The translations under genes and the position numbers were made by a program. The notes beneath the pieces are model-generated. The model did no database searches and was not told where the DNA came from. It saw only the letters and a program-made list of their open reading frames with translations. A stretch of 64,000 nucleotides of DNA, taken from Octopus sinensis. Lineage: Eukaryota. The stretch's first letter is position 1; the number at the start of each line of letters is the position of its first letter. The DNA lies in the NCBI RefSeq assembly GCF_006345805.1, contig NC_042997.1:21700001-21764000 (forward strand), given 5' to 3'. Of this stretch, positions 23,207-34,953 are shown one piece after another.

Positions 23207-24229
23207 ATGTGCTATTTATTTTTCTGTCTATACATTGCAAAAGGATTTACTTTTGTCTCTTCATTCTATCAACAGATCATTCCAGGATCGGCGACAATTC
23301 CAACAGAGTTTTCTAACACATATCAACTGAAGCTCAGGGAAACAATTAATAGCAAATTGTTTCAAACAAATCCCATCAAGGAGAAACAACAAACAAAAGC
23401 ACCACATTTACTATCAAAAGGTCTTAAATTTTCAAGAAATTTAGCCAAAAAAAGACCAGGGCTATTTTCATTGATCGCAACGAGAGAGCAAAACTTTAAA
23501 CGGAAACAATTACTAAATGGTCAGTGTCAGCGACATGGTGTCAGACGCCCTCCGTTTCATTATCTGATGCTTGTGAACCACCAACATAAAATGGTATTCT
23601 GCTACATCCCTAAAGTTGGCTGCACATTCTTTAAACGCCTTATGTTGATTCTCAAAGGGAAATATCAGAATGGTTCTAGTCCGTATGATATAGCACCAAC
23701 CAAAATACACACGTTGCGAATGAATACCTTTTCGATTCGTTCCAGTGAAAATGCCGCAGTCTTGAAGGCTTACAAGAAAGTAGTTTTTGTTCGGGATCCT
23801 TATTCACGCCTTTTTTCAGGTTATCTCGACAAAATTTTCTTGCCACAACAAAATTTTAAAACCCTGAGTACTTATATTATTAAAACTTTCAGGAAAAGTG
23901 TGGTTAAAAATTCAAGTATTATATGTCCTGTTGATATAACTTTTGAAGAATTTTTGCGTTATGTCATCCATTCAAATCTGAAGAAAGTAAAAAAAAATTA
24001 TCATTTTGGTATGATGCATGATCTGTGTGGTACCTGTTATATCAAGTATGATATCATAGGGAAACTCGATACTTTTGTCCCTGATTTGAATTTAATGTTT
24101 GAAGAAATTGGTGAAGGTCATAGAATGTCAGCCAAAAATATGGTAACTGAGAGAGTTGGAGATGATCTTACAGTTGTCGTTGAGCACGCCTTTCATAAGA
24201 AGAATAATACATGTATGGATTTCTCGCAA
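23207..24229 (+). CDS. Carbohydrate sulfotransferase (Sulfotransfer_2 family, CHST11/CHST9/HNK1ST-like), coding exon A; start codon uncertain
   Basis: Long ORF with hydrophobic N-terminus, 5'-PSB motif FCYIPKVGCTFFKR, 3'-PB motif FVRDPYSRLFSGYLDK, ITFEEF, and LCGTCYIKYDIIGKLDT. Donor caa|gtaagt at 24229/24230 is phase 0. Confidence 0.9.
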
Positions 24230-24734
24230 GTAAGTGACAAGCCTTGTATGTCTTTATTTGAAAATAGTGACCTACTTAATAATCCGCCACAAATTAAGTA
24301 ATGAATTGGTTTGCTTTCTTTTTTAATTAGCGAGAGTATCATAGGCTAAAGGTAAGCTCACAAAAAGCTGCATCTGTAAGCTGTTTTCATCTTTGTTTAC
24401 TGTCACACAAAATCATTAAAAGCATGAAAGACAAGCAGTTTCATTTCGTACTGTGCTCTAAAATCGACACTTTTTGTTATTTAATAAATTCCCATTTTAC
24501 ATAGAGAGATGGCCATTATCTCGAGTTGATCACCCTGTAACAATAGTTAAGCTACCGGGAAAACTAGGATGCAACCCAATTTCAACTTAGACCACTCTGC
24601 TACAAATGATTGTATGAAAATAGGAGTTCTAATGTGTGCTCCTTTTTCTTGTTAGATATAAGCCATTGTGCTTAATAAAAATGTTTAATCGATATTGTTG
24701 TGAATGTTCGTAGTCTTCGATATACGCACTATTA

Positions 24735-24944
24735 GGGTGGTGAGCTGGTAGAACCTTTAGTACGTCGGGAAAATTGCTATGCGGCATTTTGTCCGTCTAT
24801 GTTCAAACTCCGTCAAGGTTGATTTTGCTTTTCATGTTTACGAGGTCGATAAAATAAGCACCAGTTAAGTGTAAGGGGTCTATGTAATCGACTTAGCCCC
24901 TTCCCCGAAATTCCTAGCCTTTTGCCAAAATTTGAAACCAATAT
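24735..24944 (+). mobile_element. tRNA-SINE in the sulfotransferase intron
   Basis: ggtggtgagctggtagaa head, tgttcaaactcc B-box, and family body and tail. Confidence 0.8.
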
Positions 24945-24986
24945 AATATTCTCTATTTATTATACTCATGTTTCTTAAATTTTCAG

Positions 24987-25322
24987 ATTTTGCGCCGCAC
25001 ATGGCGAAGAGCTCAGATTCGAGGATTCGTCAGTATGGATTTAGATTTCCCTTTTACCAATAACCAGACATTATTTGTAACTAAACAAGAATTTTTAGAT
25101 ACTATTAAAGATGCCAGTCTGGTTTCAAAAAATGATAAAAGTTTAAAAGTCATCAAAAATGAAGCAATGTCTTACGCTTATAGTACAGTACCAATGGATG
25201 TTTTAGATCAGTTAGAGGTTCTTCTAAAAGATGACTGTTTACAATTTGGATACGACACAAGGCCAAAACATGTATTCGAAGCCAATCAACGAACATGGAA
25301 TTTTAATTATTTTAATGTTTGA
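24987..25322 (+). CDS. Carbohydrate sulfotransferase, final coding exon
   Basis: Acceptor tttcttaaattttcag|att is phase 0 and in frame. It reads ILRRTWRRAQIRGFV...LLKDDCLQFGYD, matching the family C-terminal DF.LFGY motif. Stop TGA at 25320-25322. Confidence 0.88.
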   Translation: MLRRTWRRAQIRGFVSMDLDFPFTNNQTLFVTKQEFLDTIKDASLVSKNDKSLKVIKNEAMSYAYSTVPMDVLDQLEVLLKDDCLQFGYDTRPKHVFEANQRTWNFNYFNV

Positions 25323-25754
25323 GATATATACATTTAAAATGAAGCACAATTTATTAATAATTTTGAGGGTATTTATGGTTTTGCTTTTGTGTATATGCTG
25401 TTGTTGTTGTTTAGTACTACATCACCTTCATGGAACCCATATCAAAGATATCACCCCAGAGACGATTACATCATTAGTTTTCTAAACCAGGCCCTACAGT
25501 GTCTATCTACTGTTTCATGTTTTAGACGGTTGGATATGATGTGAGAGAGATATAGCTCTTACTTCTAGCAGGCGACCGCATACGTGTTTTAAAGTATTTT
25601 ATTTATACTATGCAAGGGTACACGCCATATGCGAACTTGTGATAAACATTTCTCAGCGACATACATCATTGTTTACCGCAGCTTCAGTCTGTTTGTGTAT
25701 TCTACCTCTGCAGCATCATGGATACAACTTAGTGAGTTGAAAGATGATGTTCCG

Positions 25755-25791
<37 letters not shown>

Positions 25792-26315
25792 ATATATATA
25801 TGATCTGTGAAAGTTTCTCTTACGTATATTTCTACATGACATACAATCATATAATGCTTAGCATCCATATTGATGTAAAATGTACATATATAATATGGAA
25901 TGTTGAAATAAATAATACTAGACTGAGAAGACTACGAAACGGCTGTAATCATGGAGACATCATATAGATTTAATAAATCTGTATTCACTTCTTATGCATC
26001 CTGATTATATGATTATATCGTGATGATGGATTGATCTCATTGAGAAATTTGAACAGTCATAGGTATGATAGATTTATGGAAAATCTGATTAAATAATTTC
26101 AGGAAAATAGAAGACACTAACCTTATTGCAGTTAATCTTTTTAGACACAGCCTTGAAATTAGATAATATCTGATTAACTTCATATCTTTCCAGCTTTATA
26201 ATCTAAGGTCTAAGGGAGATAACTCATTTAAGTTTTTTTACTTTCTACATTTATTTTTTTTATTTTTATTTTTTTATTTTCCGCTTTTCGTTTTCCGTTT
26301 TTTTTTACCTGACAT

Positions 26316-26350
<35 letters not shown>

Positions 26351-26362
26351 GTTATTATTATT

Positions 26363-26498
26363 AGGTCACTGCGTAGAATCGAACTCGGAATCTTGGGGTT
26401 AGTAGCCCTCGCTCTCAACCACTACGCCATATACCCGTGGGGATAAGAGGGCAAGCTACTAACCCTAAAATTCCGAGTTCGATTCCAAGCAGTGACCT
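26363..26498. repeat. Head-to-head inverted pair of tRNA-like sequences
   Basis: 26363-26406 vs 26455-26498 are inverted with ~4 mismatches. The minus-strand copy has A-box tggcgtagtgg, loop ctactaa and B-box gagttcgattc. Confidence 0.75.
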
Positions 26499-26595
26499 GA
26501 ACAATAATAATAATAATAATAATATAATAATAATAATAATAACAACATCGAAAAATTCCTTAGGAATGAGAACCCAGGTTCGAAATCTCCCCCAA

Positions 26596-26637
26596 GACAC
26601 CTGAAGAAGGCTGGAGGGTATATCAGCCGTAACGTGT
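26596..26637 (+). ncRNA. Degenerate hammerhead-ribozyme relic
   Basis: GACAC-CTGAAGA-A-GGCTG(gagggtatat)CAGCC-GTAAC-GTGTT. Stems I and II are intact. GAAA is mutated to GTAA and the stem III/cleavage segment is missing. Confidence 0.45.
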
Positions 26638-27287
26638 TAACAACAACAACAACAAAAAAGGACAAATATCCGTCGAATGCAAATAATGTAAATAATATAA
26701 ATAATGTACATAATTCCTCATCTCTTAAATATAGAACTGTATTACTCACACGTATACACACATAAACACACGGACACATATGCTCGCACGCACACACATG
26801 TATACACACACATGCACACACACACACACACACACATATAAATACAGACACAAACTCACGCATACAGGTGCGCACACATGTATACACGCGCGCATTCCAC
26901 TGAATCGGCCTTGAACATGACAGGCTACGTATTGTATTTTGTCAATTCTGGAAGGATCAAAGCTGAAGTCACCTTCTAACAGATATTACATTAAAATATA
27001 ACACAGTGGACTTTAAACATTGCATGCCATTGTCTATGCCAACCTAACATAACAGCCGTTTCTAATACAGGTATGAATATATGGGTGTTGATTTTTATAT
27101 ATTTTAACTCTAGAAAGTTGATGGACAAAGCAGAAATCCGATGGCATTTGAACATCGAACATAAAGCCTCACAACTCAACAATGTATTTCATTCCGTCTG
27201 ATAATCTACCTATTCTTTTAATCCGATATTCTATTAAAATTGATTGAACATTGTTTGGAATTTATTTTATGTAAGACTATAACCATT

Positions 27288-27570
27288 TATAATAGTTGTA
27301 TACTGTCAATTTAACGTGACAGTAGGGGATTACACTACCGTTGTTTAGCCCTAGGAAGCATCGAACGCTTCCTGTCGACTTTGACACATTTACTGTGTCC
27401 TTATATATATTTACGAAGGGGAGACGAATACCCCCAAATACATCCCCTTCGTAATAAGGACACAGTAAATGTGTCGAAGACGACAGGAAGCGTTCGATGC
27501 TTCCTAGGGCTAAACAGCGGTGGTGTAATCCCCTACTGTCACGTTAAATTGACAGTATACAACTATTATA
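27288..27570. repeat. Fold-back element: ~130-bp inverted arms, 20-nt loop
   Basis: 27288-27422 pairs with 27443-27570 with few mismatches and one (AT)n insertion. It begins and ends in TA. Confidence 0.9.
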
Positions 27571-28139
27571 TCGCCCCACCACTGTACATATCTCTATGAG
27601 ATATTTAGAAATTTAATATTTCTGATATAACCATTTATAGTTGTGGATTGATAAAATTTGAAAAAATATATGGTATATGTGATACCTTTGAATGAAACCC
27701 AAAATAAAGAAATTGTATGTGTTTGTGTGTGTGTGTGTGTGTGTGTGCGTGAGAGAGAGAGAGAGACCGACAGACAGACAGATTATAAATGTTCGTACTT
27801 ATTTTATGAATTATATATATTTGGAGTGTTATATAAAATCTTATTCGAAAATATTATTGAGCAATAAAAATCATTATCTAAAAACTAAACCATAATTATA
27901 AATCATATATCGTATTAATTTGTATACAGTCGCAAAAATTACTTTTCTATGCAGTCAAAAAATTTGCCGGGAGGTATAGAGAATTTCATCGTCCTAGTTA
28001 CTCTCCAACCAAACGAAGAATAAATATAAATTTGCGTTCGGTCGAATTTCAATTTCAGAACATAAAGGGAAATAACTCCATACTGCAAACCAATAAATCC
28101 TGTAACTTATCATTTCTGTAAATACACAGCCGTATATTC

Positions 28140-28550
28140 TCTATTCTCTTACTCTTTTACTTGTTTCAGTCATTTGACTGCGGCCATGCTGGAGCACCGC
28201 CTTTAGTCGAGCAAATCGACCTCAGGACTTATGTTTTGTAAGCCTAGTACTTACTCTATCGGTATCTTTTGCCGAACCGCTAGCTTACGGGGACGTAAAC
28301 ACACCAGCATCGGTTGTAAGCGATGTTGGGGTGGGGTGGGGGGGTAAACACAGACATACAAACATATACACACGCATACATATATATATACATACATATA
28401 TACGATGGGCTTCTTACAGTTTCCGTCTACCAAATCCACTCACAAGGCTTTGGTCGGCTCGAGGCTATAGTAGAAGACTCTTGCCCAAGGTGCCATGCGG
28501 TGGGAGTGAACCCAGAACCATGTGGTTGGCAAGCAAGCTAATTACCACAC
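28140..28550 (-). mobile_element. tRNA-derived SINE with CORE-like segment (second major family)
   Basis: Minus strand gtgtggtaa..gcttgc..ggttc..ggttcactccc...caccttgggcaagagtcttctactatagcc. Collinear with 60421-60830. Confidence 0.8.
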
Positions 28551-29223
28551 ACCCAAATTTCTATTATAGACACAAGCCAAAAATACTAGTTGTGGAAATT
28601 GTCTTTGAATTTTTCTTTAGTAATTTGCTTGTAATTTATTCTATCAACACACATAGAGTAATTGTTAGATTTTACAGAATGTTAACATTTTTCACCCACC
28701 CCGCCGGTGTATTTCTACCATTTCACGAATGGCCGGGCTCTAAATCAGTGAATTTCAAACGGGGTCCATATAGGATTTTGTCGTTAAAATTTATGAGCAA
28801 TAAATTGGTTATACTTCTACAATGCACAAAATATTTTAACTTTATTTTTTATACAATTCCTTATAATATTTAATTATAAAAATATAATAAGAGTTTTTTT
28901 TTAAACATCGAATATCTATGACGGTTCAGTAGAATAAAATATGAATTAAAAGTGTCCATAGGCAAAAGGTGGTTGCGAATCACTGCTCTAAACCTTTGAA
29001 TTCTCCTCTTCCCAAAAATCTTAAAACTCTTTCCATTTTGTTAATTTGTACCTAACATCTTTCAATGCACACCATCGGTAATTTCTTTGGATTACTCTTC
29101 TCCAAGTGAAATTTAACCCCTTGTGGGCAATAAAAGAATAAATATCAGAGATGAAATGAATTCTCAAAGCAATGTCATTTTCAGCAATTATATCATCCCA
29201 GCAATATACTACAACTGTAGGAA

Positions 29224-29428
29224 CGGTGAGCTGGCAGAATCGTTAGTACGTCGGGCAAAATGCTTAGTGGCATAACGTCCTGAGTTCAAATTCCACCGAG
29301 GTCGATTTTGCTTTTCGTTCTTTCGAGGTCCATAAAATAATTACCAATTGAGCACTGGGATCGATGTAATTGCCTTATACCCCACCACCGAAATTTCTGG
29401 CCTTATGCCAAAATTTGAAACCAATATT
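29224..29428 (+). mobile_element. tRNA-SINE (major family)
   Basis: ggtgagctggcagaatcgttag...gagttcaaattccaccgaggtcga...gccaaaatttgaaaccaatatt. Confidence 0.85.
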
Positions 29429-29935
29429 AGACGTAAAATGGTGTTAATAGTCCCTTTACTGATTAATATGTAGATAAATAATTGTTTCTTAATTAGAGTT
29501 GAAAGTACAACTAGAGTATTACGTGAAAATATAGTAACTTTAAAACGACATATGAACTATACATAAAATTATTTCAGAGACTATTAAGATAAAATGATGG
29601 ACGCTCCATTGCTTGACCATTCCAAAAATTAAGGCTTAAGCGGTTGGATATTTCTCGGGCACATGTACTCCTAACGTAGTTCTCGGACAGAATCAGCTAC
29701 AGGAGGCTGGTTCTTGGAGCTTGGTACATTATCAATCCACAGATAAATAGAAAAAAAAAGTTGGGAATCGCCTCCACTCCCGAAGAATGAAAGGCAAATA
29801 AGATTTCAGCGGAACTTGATCACAAAGTGCAGAAAACCGGAACGAGTGTCATTAGTAATTCGAGCAAATGGCTTGAAGTTTCCACCAATTCGTCAGTTTT
29901 AAAATAAGATAAACAGCATTTCAAAGGTAACATTA

Positions 29936-32220
29936 CGCTGTACAACAATGATTTTGCTACAGAGGAGAAATCATAATTTTCTGGAACAGTTTTTACCTAG
30001 ATTATGAAAATGAACTCCGTTTTTCATGAAATGACTCCAGTGTTTCGTAAAATGCGCCGTCACTAAACGGTATGTTTTTGCTAGAAAATGGGTATTTTTC
30101 AGTGAAAATAACATTTTTTTCCTAGAATTAAAACGAGTTTTCTGCAAAATGGGTTGTTATTAATAGTAAATACGTTATTTGCGTCTTTTATAAAAGGAAG
30201 AACATCTGTTTTTTAGTACAATATTTATGTTTTTTTCTATGTATAGCATCAGGTCTATCTCTCTGAAGAAACCAGCAAAAGTCAGCGAGCATGGCGGGAC
30301 TCCACTTCCCCTCAGATCGAGTTTCCATTTGACTTATATCTTGATGGAATCTCTCACTATGTTTGTTGCTGATGTCTGCTGCATTCTGAGGAAATAAAGC
30401 TAGATGCGAATGCAAATAGCGAACCTTTAACGACATTATGATTTAGCACCCTAATGATTTGTACGAATCAATGAATTTTCCTACAAGTACTTCATAGTTG
30501 GCTGCTCTGCGCTTCCCATGTAGACCATTACATACGTTTCTGAAACTTTGCCATGCAACCAATTCCAAAACATTCAAGGTGTTTTCAAAATTATCGTTTG
30601 TCAAAAGTTGCCGAATTTGGAGACCGACAAACACACCTTCTTTGATTTGCTCATGGCTTAGTTTGGGAAACTTAGTTTTCAAGTACAAAAATGGTGGCTC
30701 TTCCAGATTTAACTTCTTAACAAAATGTTTGATAGGACCTAATTTAATATGCAATGGAGGCAAACTTATTTTCTCCTTAAGAACTAGTGGTTCACGTATA
30801 ACGTTATGTGAACCTATTTCTCATTCATTTCTCAATGGCTATTCACTATGGATATAATGCTCTTACCAAGCACGGCTGTCCTATTGACACAAAAAGCACA
30901 TGTACTAAGTAAACCCAGCCTACAAGCCACTTACAATCACTACAATTTTCAAGTTAGCACAAATCAGCCATTTACACTCATTGTATCTTATACAACCTAA
31001 TGTGAACGATAAATTTTCATACGTTTCCTTTAGTGCAACAGAATGAGCTACAGGAACTGACGGAAGTTTATTACCTATGTGCGGTAGCACAGCTTTAGTA
31101 CTATAAAGCGAAGAGTCTAAGAATAGCCACCACTCACTAGGGTCGTAATTTAAGCCAAGATACTCAAAGAGTCCATTCATTTCAATTTTTTCTATTAAAC
31201 CATCTGGACAATTTCGAAATTTTGTGATGCTGACATCTTGAGTTTCCAAGTTTCTTTTCTTTAACCTAGAAGACAGTAAGTCGCTCTGCATTTTCGTTAA
31301 TCTCAAATCCCGAACAAGATCGTTTAACTCATCCTGTGCAAGGGGTTTCGGTCCGGATTGTTCTGATGCAGGCACATACACCTCATCTTGTTCACAATTC
31401 TCTTCTGATTCACTAATATCGGATAAAACCATGTTCGCAGGTACCGTAGGTATCGGAATGCTGGCCGAATGAGGTGCAGTCCGAATGGCGGATTTTACAT
31501 TCGGATACATCCCGACGGTGCACTCTTCGTTGTTATATCTGTTAAGAAAATAAATTATATTATAGCATTTCCTATATTTAATGTAACGAATAAAAATAAA
31601 TATATTTAGATACATTTATGCTAAGTTTACTGAAAATAAAAAACACACCTTTAACATCTACAAGATAGAAATAGTAGCCAGAATGGTGGTCTTGTGGTTC
31701 ATGCCAATTCATTAGAATTCCAAACTGCATACTTCTTGACTTTCCCAAAGACCATTTGGAAAAACCATTCTTACATGCTGTGCAACATATATGTGGTGCC
31801 CAACTTTCATCTTGGTTTCCTATCATCACTCAAAAATATATAAATAATACTGCTTGTTTTTTTTTTTACCAACGGCGTAATAATTCTTGAATTCTTCTGG
31901 AATGTCACAGCACCACAGATATAATAAAATTTCTCTGGGTGATTTCTACACTGCCCTCTTGGTATTTTAATGCAATTTTTATTCTAATTAAAGATTTATT
32001 AGAGGTATCTTATTTTATAGTTTTTTTTCTCTGAAAATCTGAAAAATAAAAAAAACTTAAATTATAAAAATACCCTAATATTAGAAAGCCGAATTACCAT
32101 AAACTAGAGTCCTTCTGTGAGAAACGGTTGCAATTTTCGTGATCTACGCATAAAATTGTCCTAGAAAACGTTATTCTCATCTCTGTAGTCGAAATAATTC
32201 TTCATTTTTGGTGTATAGTG
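29936..32220 (-). mobile_element. Chapaev3-like (CMC group) DNA transposon, decayed but near full length
   Basis: Minus-strand motifs IGNQDESWAPHICCTAC (P-x3-C-x2-C), EPQDHHSGYYF, PPLHIKLG...KEGVFVGLQIR, MSLKVRYLHSHL...ERFHQDI...MLADFCW. Degenerate TIRs run from cgctgtac (29936) to gtatagtg (32220). Superfamily assigned from recalled motifs. Confidence 0.75.
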
Positions 32221-32693
32221 TTTTCAGCGAAAATGATGCAAGGGAGACAACTCTGTATTTTTTCTCATTCTTACACTTCTTAGTGAGTAGATCGAAATGT
32301 TTTGTTTGTTTCTATTTTAGATAACACTTCATGTAATGACACTAATTAGCAGAGATAGTAGAACACTATATGTCATTAATCTGATGCAGTATTTAGTAAC
32401 ATTACATTCTAGGTTCAAATCCAGCCGAAAGAACTTTTCATAAAGTTTTTCCAGGATGCATAGAACAATTTAATTGAAGAAAATTTCTTCGCACACATCC
32501 ATCAATACTATTATTATAACAAAAGAAATCATCATTATTATAATTAAGACAGTGGTAGTAGTAGTAGTAAGTCATTCGTCTGTGTCGCATCCAGTGCTTT
32601 AATAGGTACCAGTTAACCACTGTAATCGGCATACCTCACCTCTCCCTAAATTTACTAGCTCTTCTCCAAACTTTGAAACCATTATTATTATTA

Positions 32694-32743
<50 letters not shown>

Positions 32744-32749
<6 letters not shown>

Positions 32750-33440
32750 CCCGCCTTAGCGAAGGCGGAGGTGTTCTCAGTCGTGTTTGGGATCTTTTTA
32801 ATCTGACCGACAAATTTTTTAATTAATTTTTCTTAACTAAACACTTTGAAACTTCGGATATTGGTAGAATGTGTCACATAGAACACGGTTTACTCTTAAC
32901 GTTTTTGAGAAAATTTTTTCCTTTTAGAAGTTATTTTGTGTTAAAATTGTCGTATTTGGGTAATTTTAACCAATCAACGACGTGTATTCAGCTGAAGAAA
33001 ATTACTGCTGCTGTTTGCGAACAACTTCTGGGTCCCCTCCGAAATTTCAAAGTGTTTACTTAAAAGAAAAATTAATAAAAAAAATATGTCGGTCAGATTG
33101 AAAAGATCCCGTCTTTGTTTGTGGACAAGATATCTCAAGAACTGCGAGATGGATTCGGATGAAACTTTCAGGGATAATTGGCCTCATGACTGGCACGAAC
33201 TGATTAGATTTTGGGATCGATCCGGTGTCAGAGAAGGATTCTGGATTATTTTTTCGTTTTTTTTTTATTGTTGTTTTATCTAATTTTTTAGAGCGGCCGG
33301 GTTCATTTTTAGTATTCTCGTTTGTGAGAGCAGTCGAGTTTATTTCAGATATTCTTATTTTAAAAACCATCTCCGGCTAATCGTTGAGAAGACGTTAGCG
33401 TTGCCTTGGCGGAAGTTTGCGCCCTGTGAGTGCTCTTGTT
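32744..33440 (+). mobile_element. Non-autonomous Helentron (HINE/DINE-1-like) element
   Basis: 5' ttacccccgccttagcgaaggcggagg and 3' ccttggcggaagtttgcgccctgtgagtgctcttgtt (sub-terminal inverted repeat plus 3' stem-loop), in TT context. Confidence 0.7.
32789..33110. mobile_element. MITE nested in the HINE (~70-bp TIRs starting GGGATC)
   Basis: gggatctttttaatctgaccgac...taaacactttgaaacttcgga pairs with tccgaaatttcaaagtgttta...gtcggtcagattgaaaagatccc. Confidence 0.8.
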
Positions 33441-33748
33441 ATTATTATCATCACCATCTTTCAATTCTGTTTCCATTTCTTGCCGAGTGTCTTCCTGGTA
33501 CATTTGGAAGAGAAACTCACTGTATACATTATCAGGCAATTAAAATAAACACACCAGATTGTTCATTTACAGAGTCATGTGATAGAGAAAAACGGGCAAA
33601 AAGACAGAGAGAAAAAGGAAAAAAATTAAAAAGTAAACAAAAAAAATAGGAGCGGTGGGACAAAAATTCCCAAACTCTTCTCAGTACCTGTGACGTACTA
33701 GTTTAAACAATCTTCTGCACTTCCTGCATGTATGGTAAGCCAGAGATC

Positions 33749-33827
<79 letters not shown>

Positions 33828-34290
33828 GAGTGTGAGAGAAGTGCATGCCATCAAAGTGACACTGGGATAAAATATACGAAGCCCAGTATACCCATCATGA
33901 CTTCCCGTCTTATAAGGGTACACCAGGCACATGTTTCACAACCACATGTGCGTAACATGGTGATCTCATATCAAGATAAACAGCGCATGACCTCGCAGGT
34001 GGGGCCCAGTTAGAATTTTCTACAGATCGAGTAGCCCATCCCGCTAAAAAGGTCCCTGAGTAAGGGTCGTTTAAGGATGTTGAACTAGACACCCATGTTT
34101 CCAGAGGTGAATTATCCAAACCCCAACGATCTTTTTTCAACACATGGCTATGATGTTCTTCCTCTGCTTCTGCTTATGATCAGAGATGCACAACTCATCA
34201 GCTACTAAGGAACATGCTCAACTGGTTAAGGTCAAACAAATGACAAGTAAATTTGTGGTATTGAGCAGTTAAGATCAGAAACCATGAGAA
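33828..34290 (-). mobile_element. (AAT)n-tailed retroposon 3' region, copy 1
   Basis: Collinear with 34954-35500 and, inverted, with 39736-40838. Ends in a long (AAT)n on its sense strand. Confidence 0.8.
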
Positions 34291-34319
34291 TCACTGTCTT
34301 ATTATTGTTATTACTGTTA

Positions 34320-34897
34320 TCGCGTGTAGGGCGGATCCGGTCATCAGCCGAGCCCATCGTGAAGATCGCCCCGCTGCCTTCCTTTCTTTGGCCGGGAAGG
34401 AAATGCAATTTTTCTCTGTCTGGTGGCTATGACGAAAGAAGTAGTGTGGTGGACAAGGCTGAAAGGACTGAAGACAGATACTTTCTTCTTCAGCTAAGCC
34501 CTCATTGACTTTTTCAAGTTCCACTTGAAAAGGAAATTGAAGGTAGAGTGTTAAGTTCTGCCCCACCAGTAAATTTGGTGAAAGGTGGCTACATGTGGCG
34601 AGGATGGCCCATGTGAATGGGCCTACACTGAAGCTTCGTTTGTAAACCGGAAGAGTTAAGGAGAGCGGTGCCTGCTGATGTGTACTTGGCGGTCGGGGTA
34701 ACCAAGCTGCGTGGGGTTTTGCGGTTGTCTCTGTAAGGAACTCCCTACTTTTGGGGAATTCTTATAGTTAAATTGTTTTGTTATTTGTTTTTTTAATACT
34801 TATTGTATACACGGCATTGTTCAACATCCCACTTGTCCTTTGTATTGCATTGTCCCTATTTGTCGCGCCCGACTCTTGTGGCCAATAAAAGAAAGTA
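34320..34897 (+). mobile_element. Older L1/Tx1 3' end
   Basis: SRVGRIRSSAEPIVKIAP... aligns with the 50648-51022 ORF C-terminus (SRVGRVGLSAESIVNIV). Ends gtggccaataaaagaaag, like gtggctaataaagaaac at the other copy. Confidence 0.75.
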
Positions 34898-34904
34898 TTA
34901 TTAC

Positions 34905-34953
<49 letters not shown>

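Noticed and set aside
24230-24301. ORF-track C-terminus VSDKPC...QIK of the sulfotransferase
   Set aside because: This is intron read-through. A canonical donor at 24230 and an in-frame downstream exon supply the conserved C-terminus.
27443-27490. Hammerhead relic inside the fold-back arm (GACAC/GTGTC-GAA)
   Set aside because: There is no recognisable CUGANGA in either arm.
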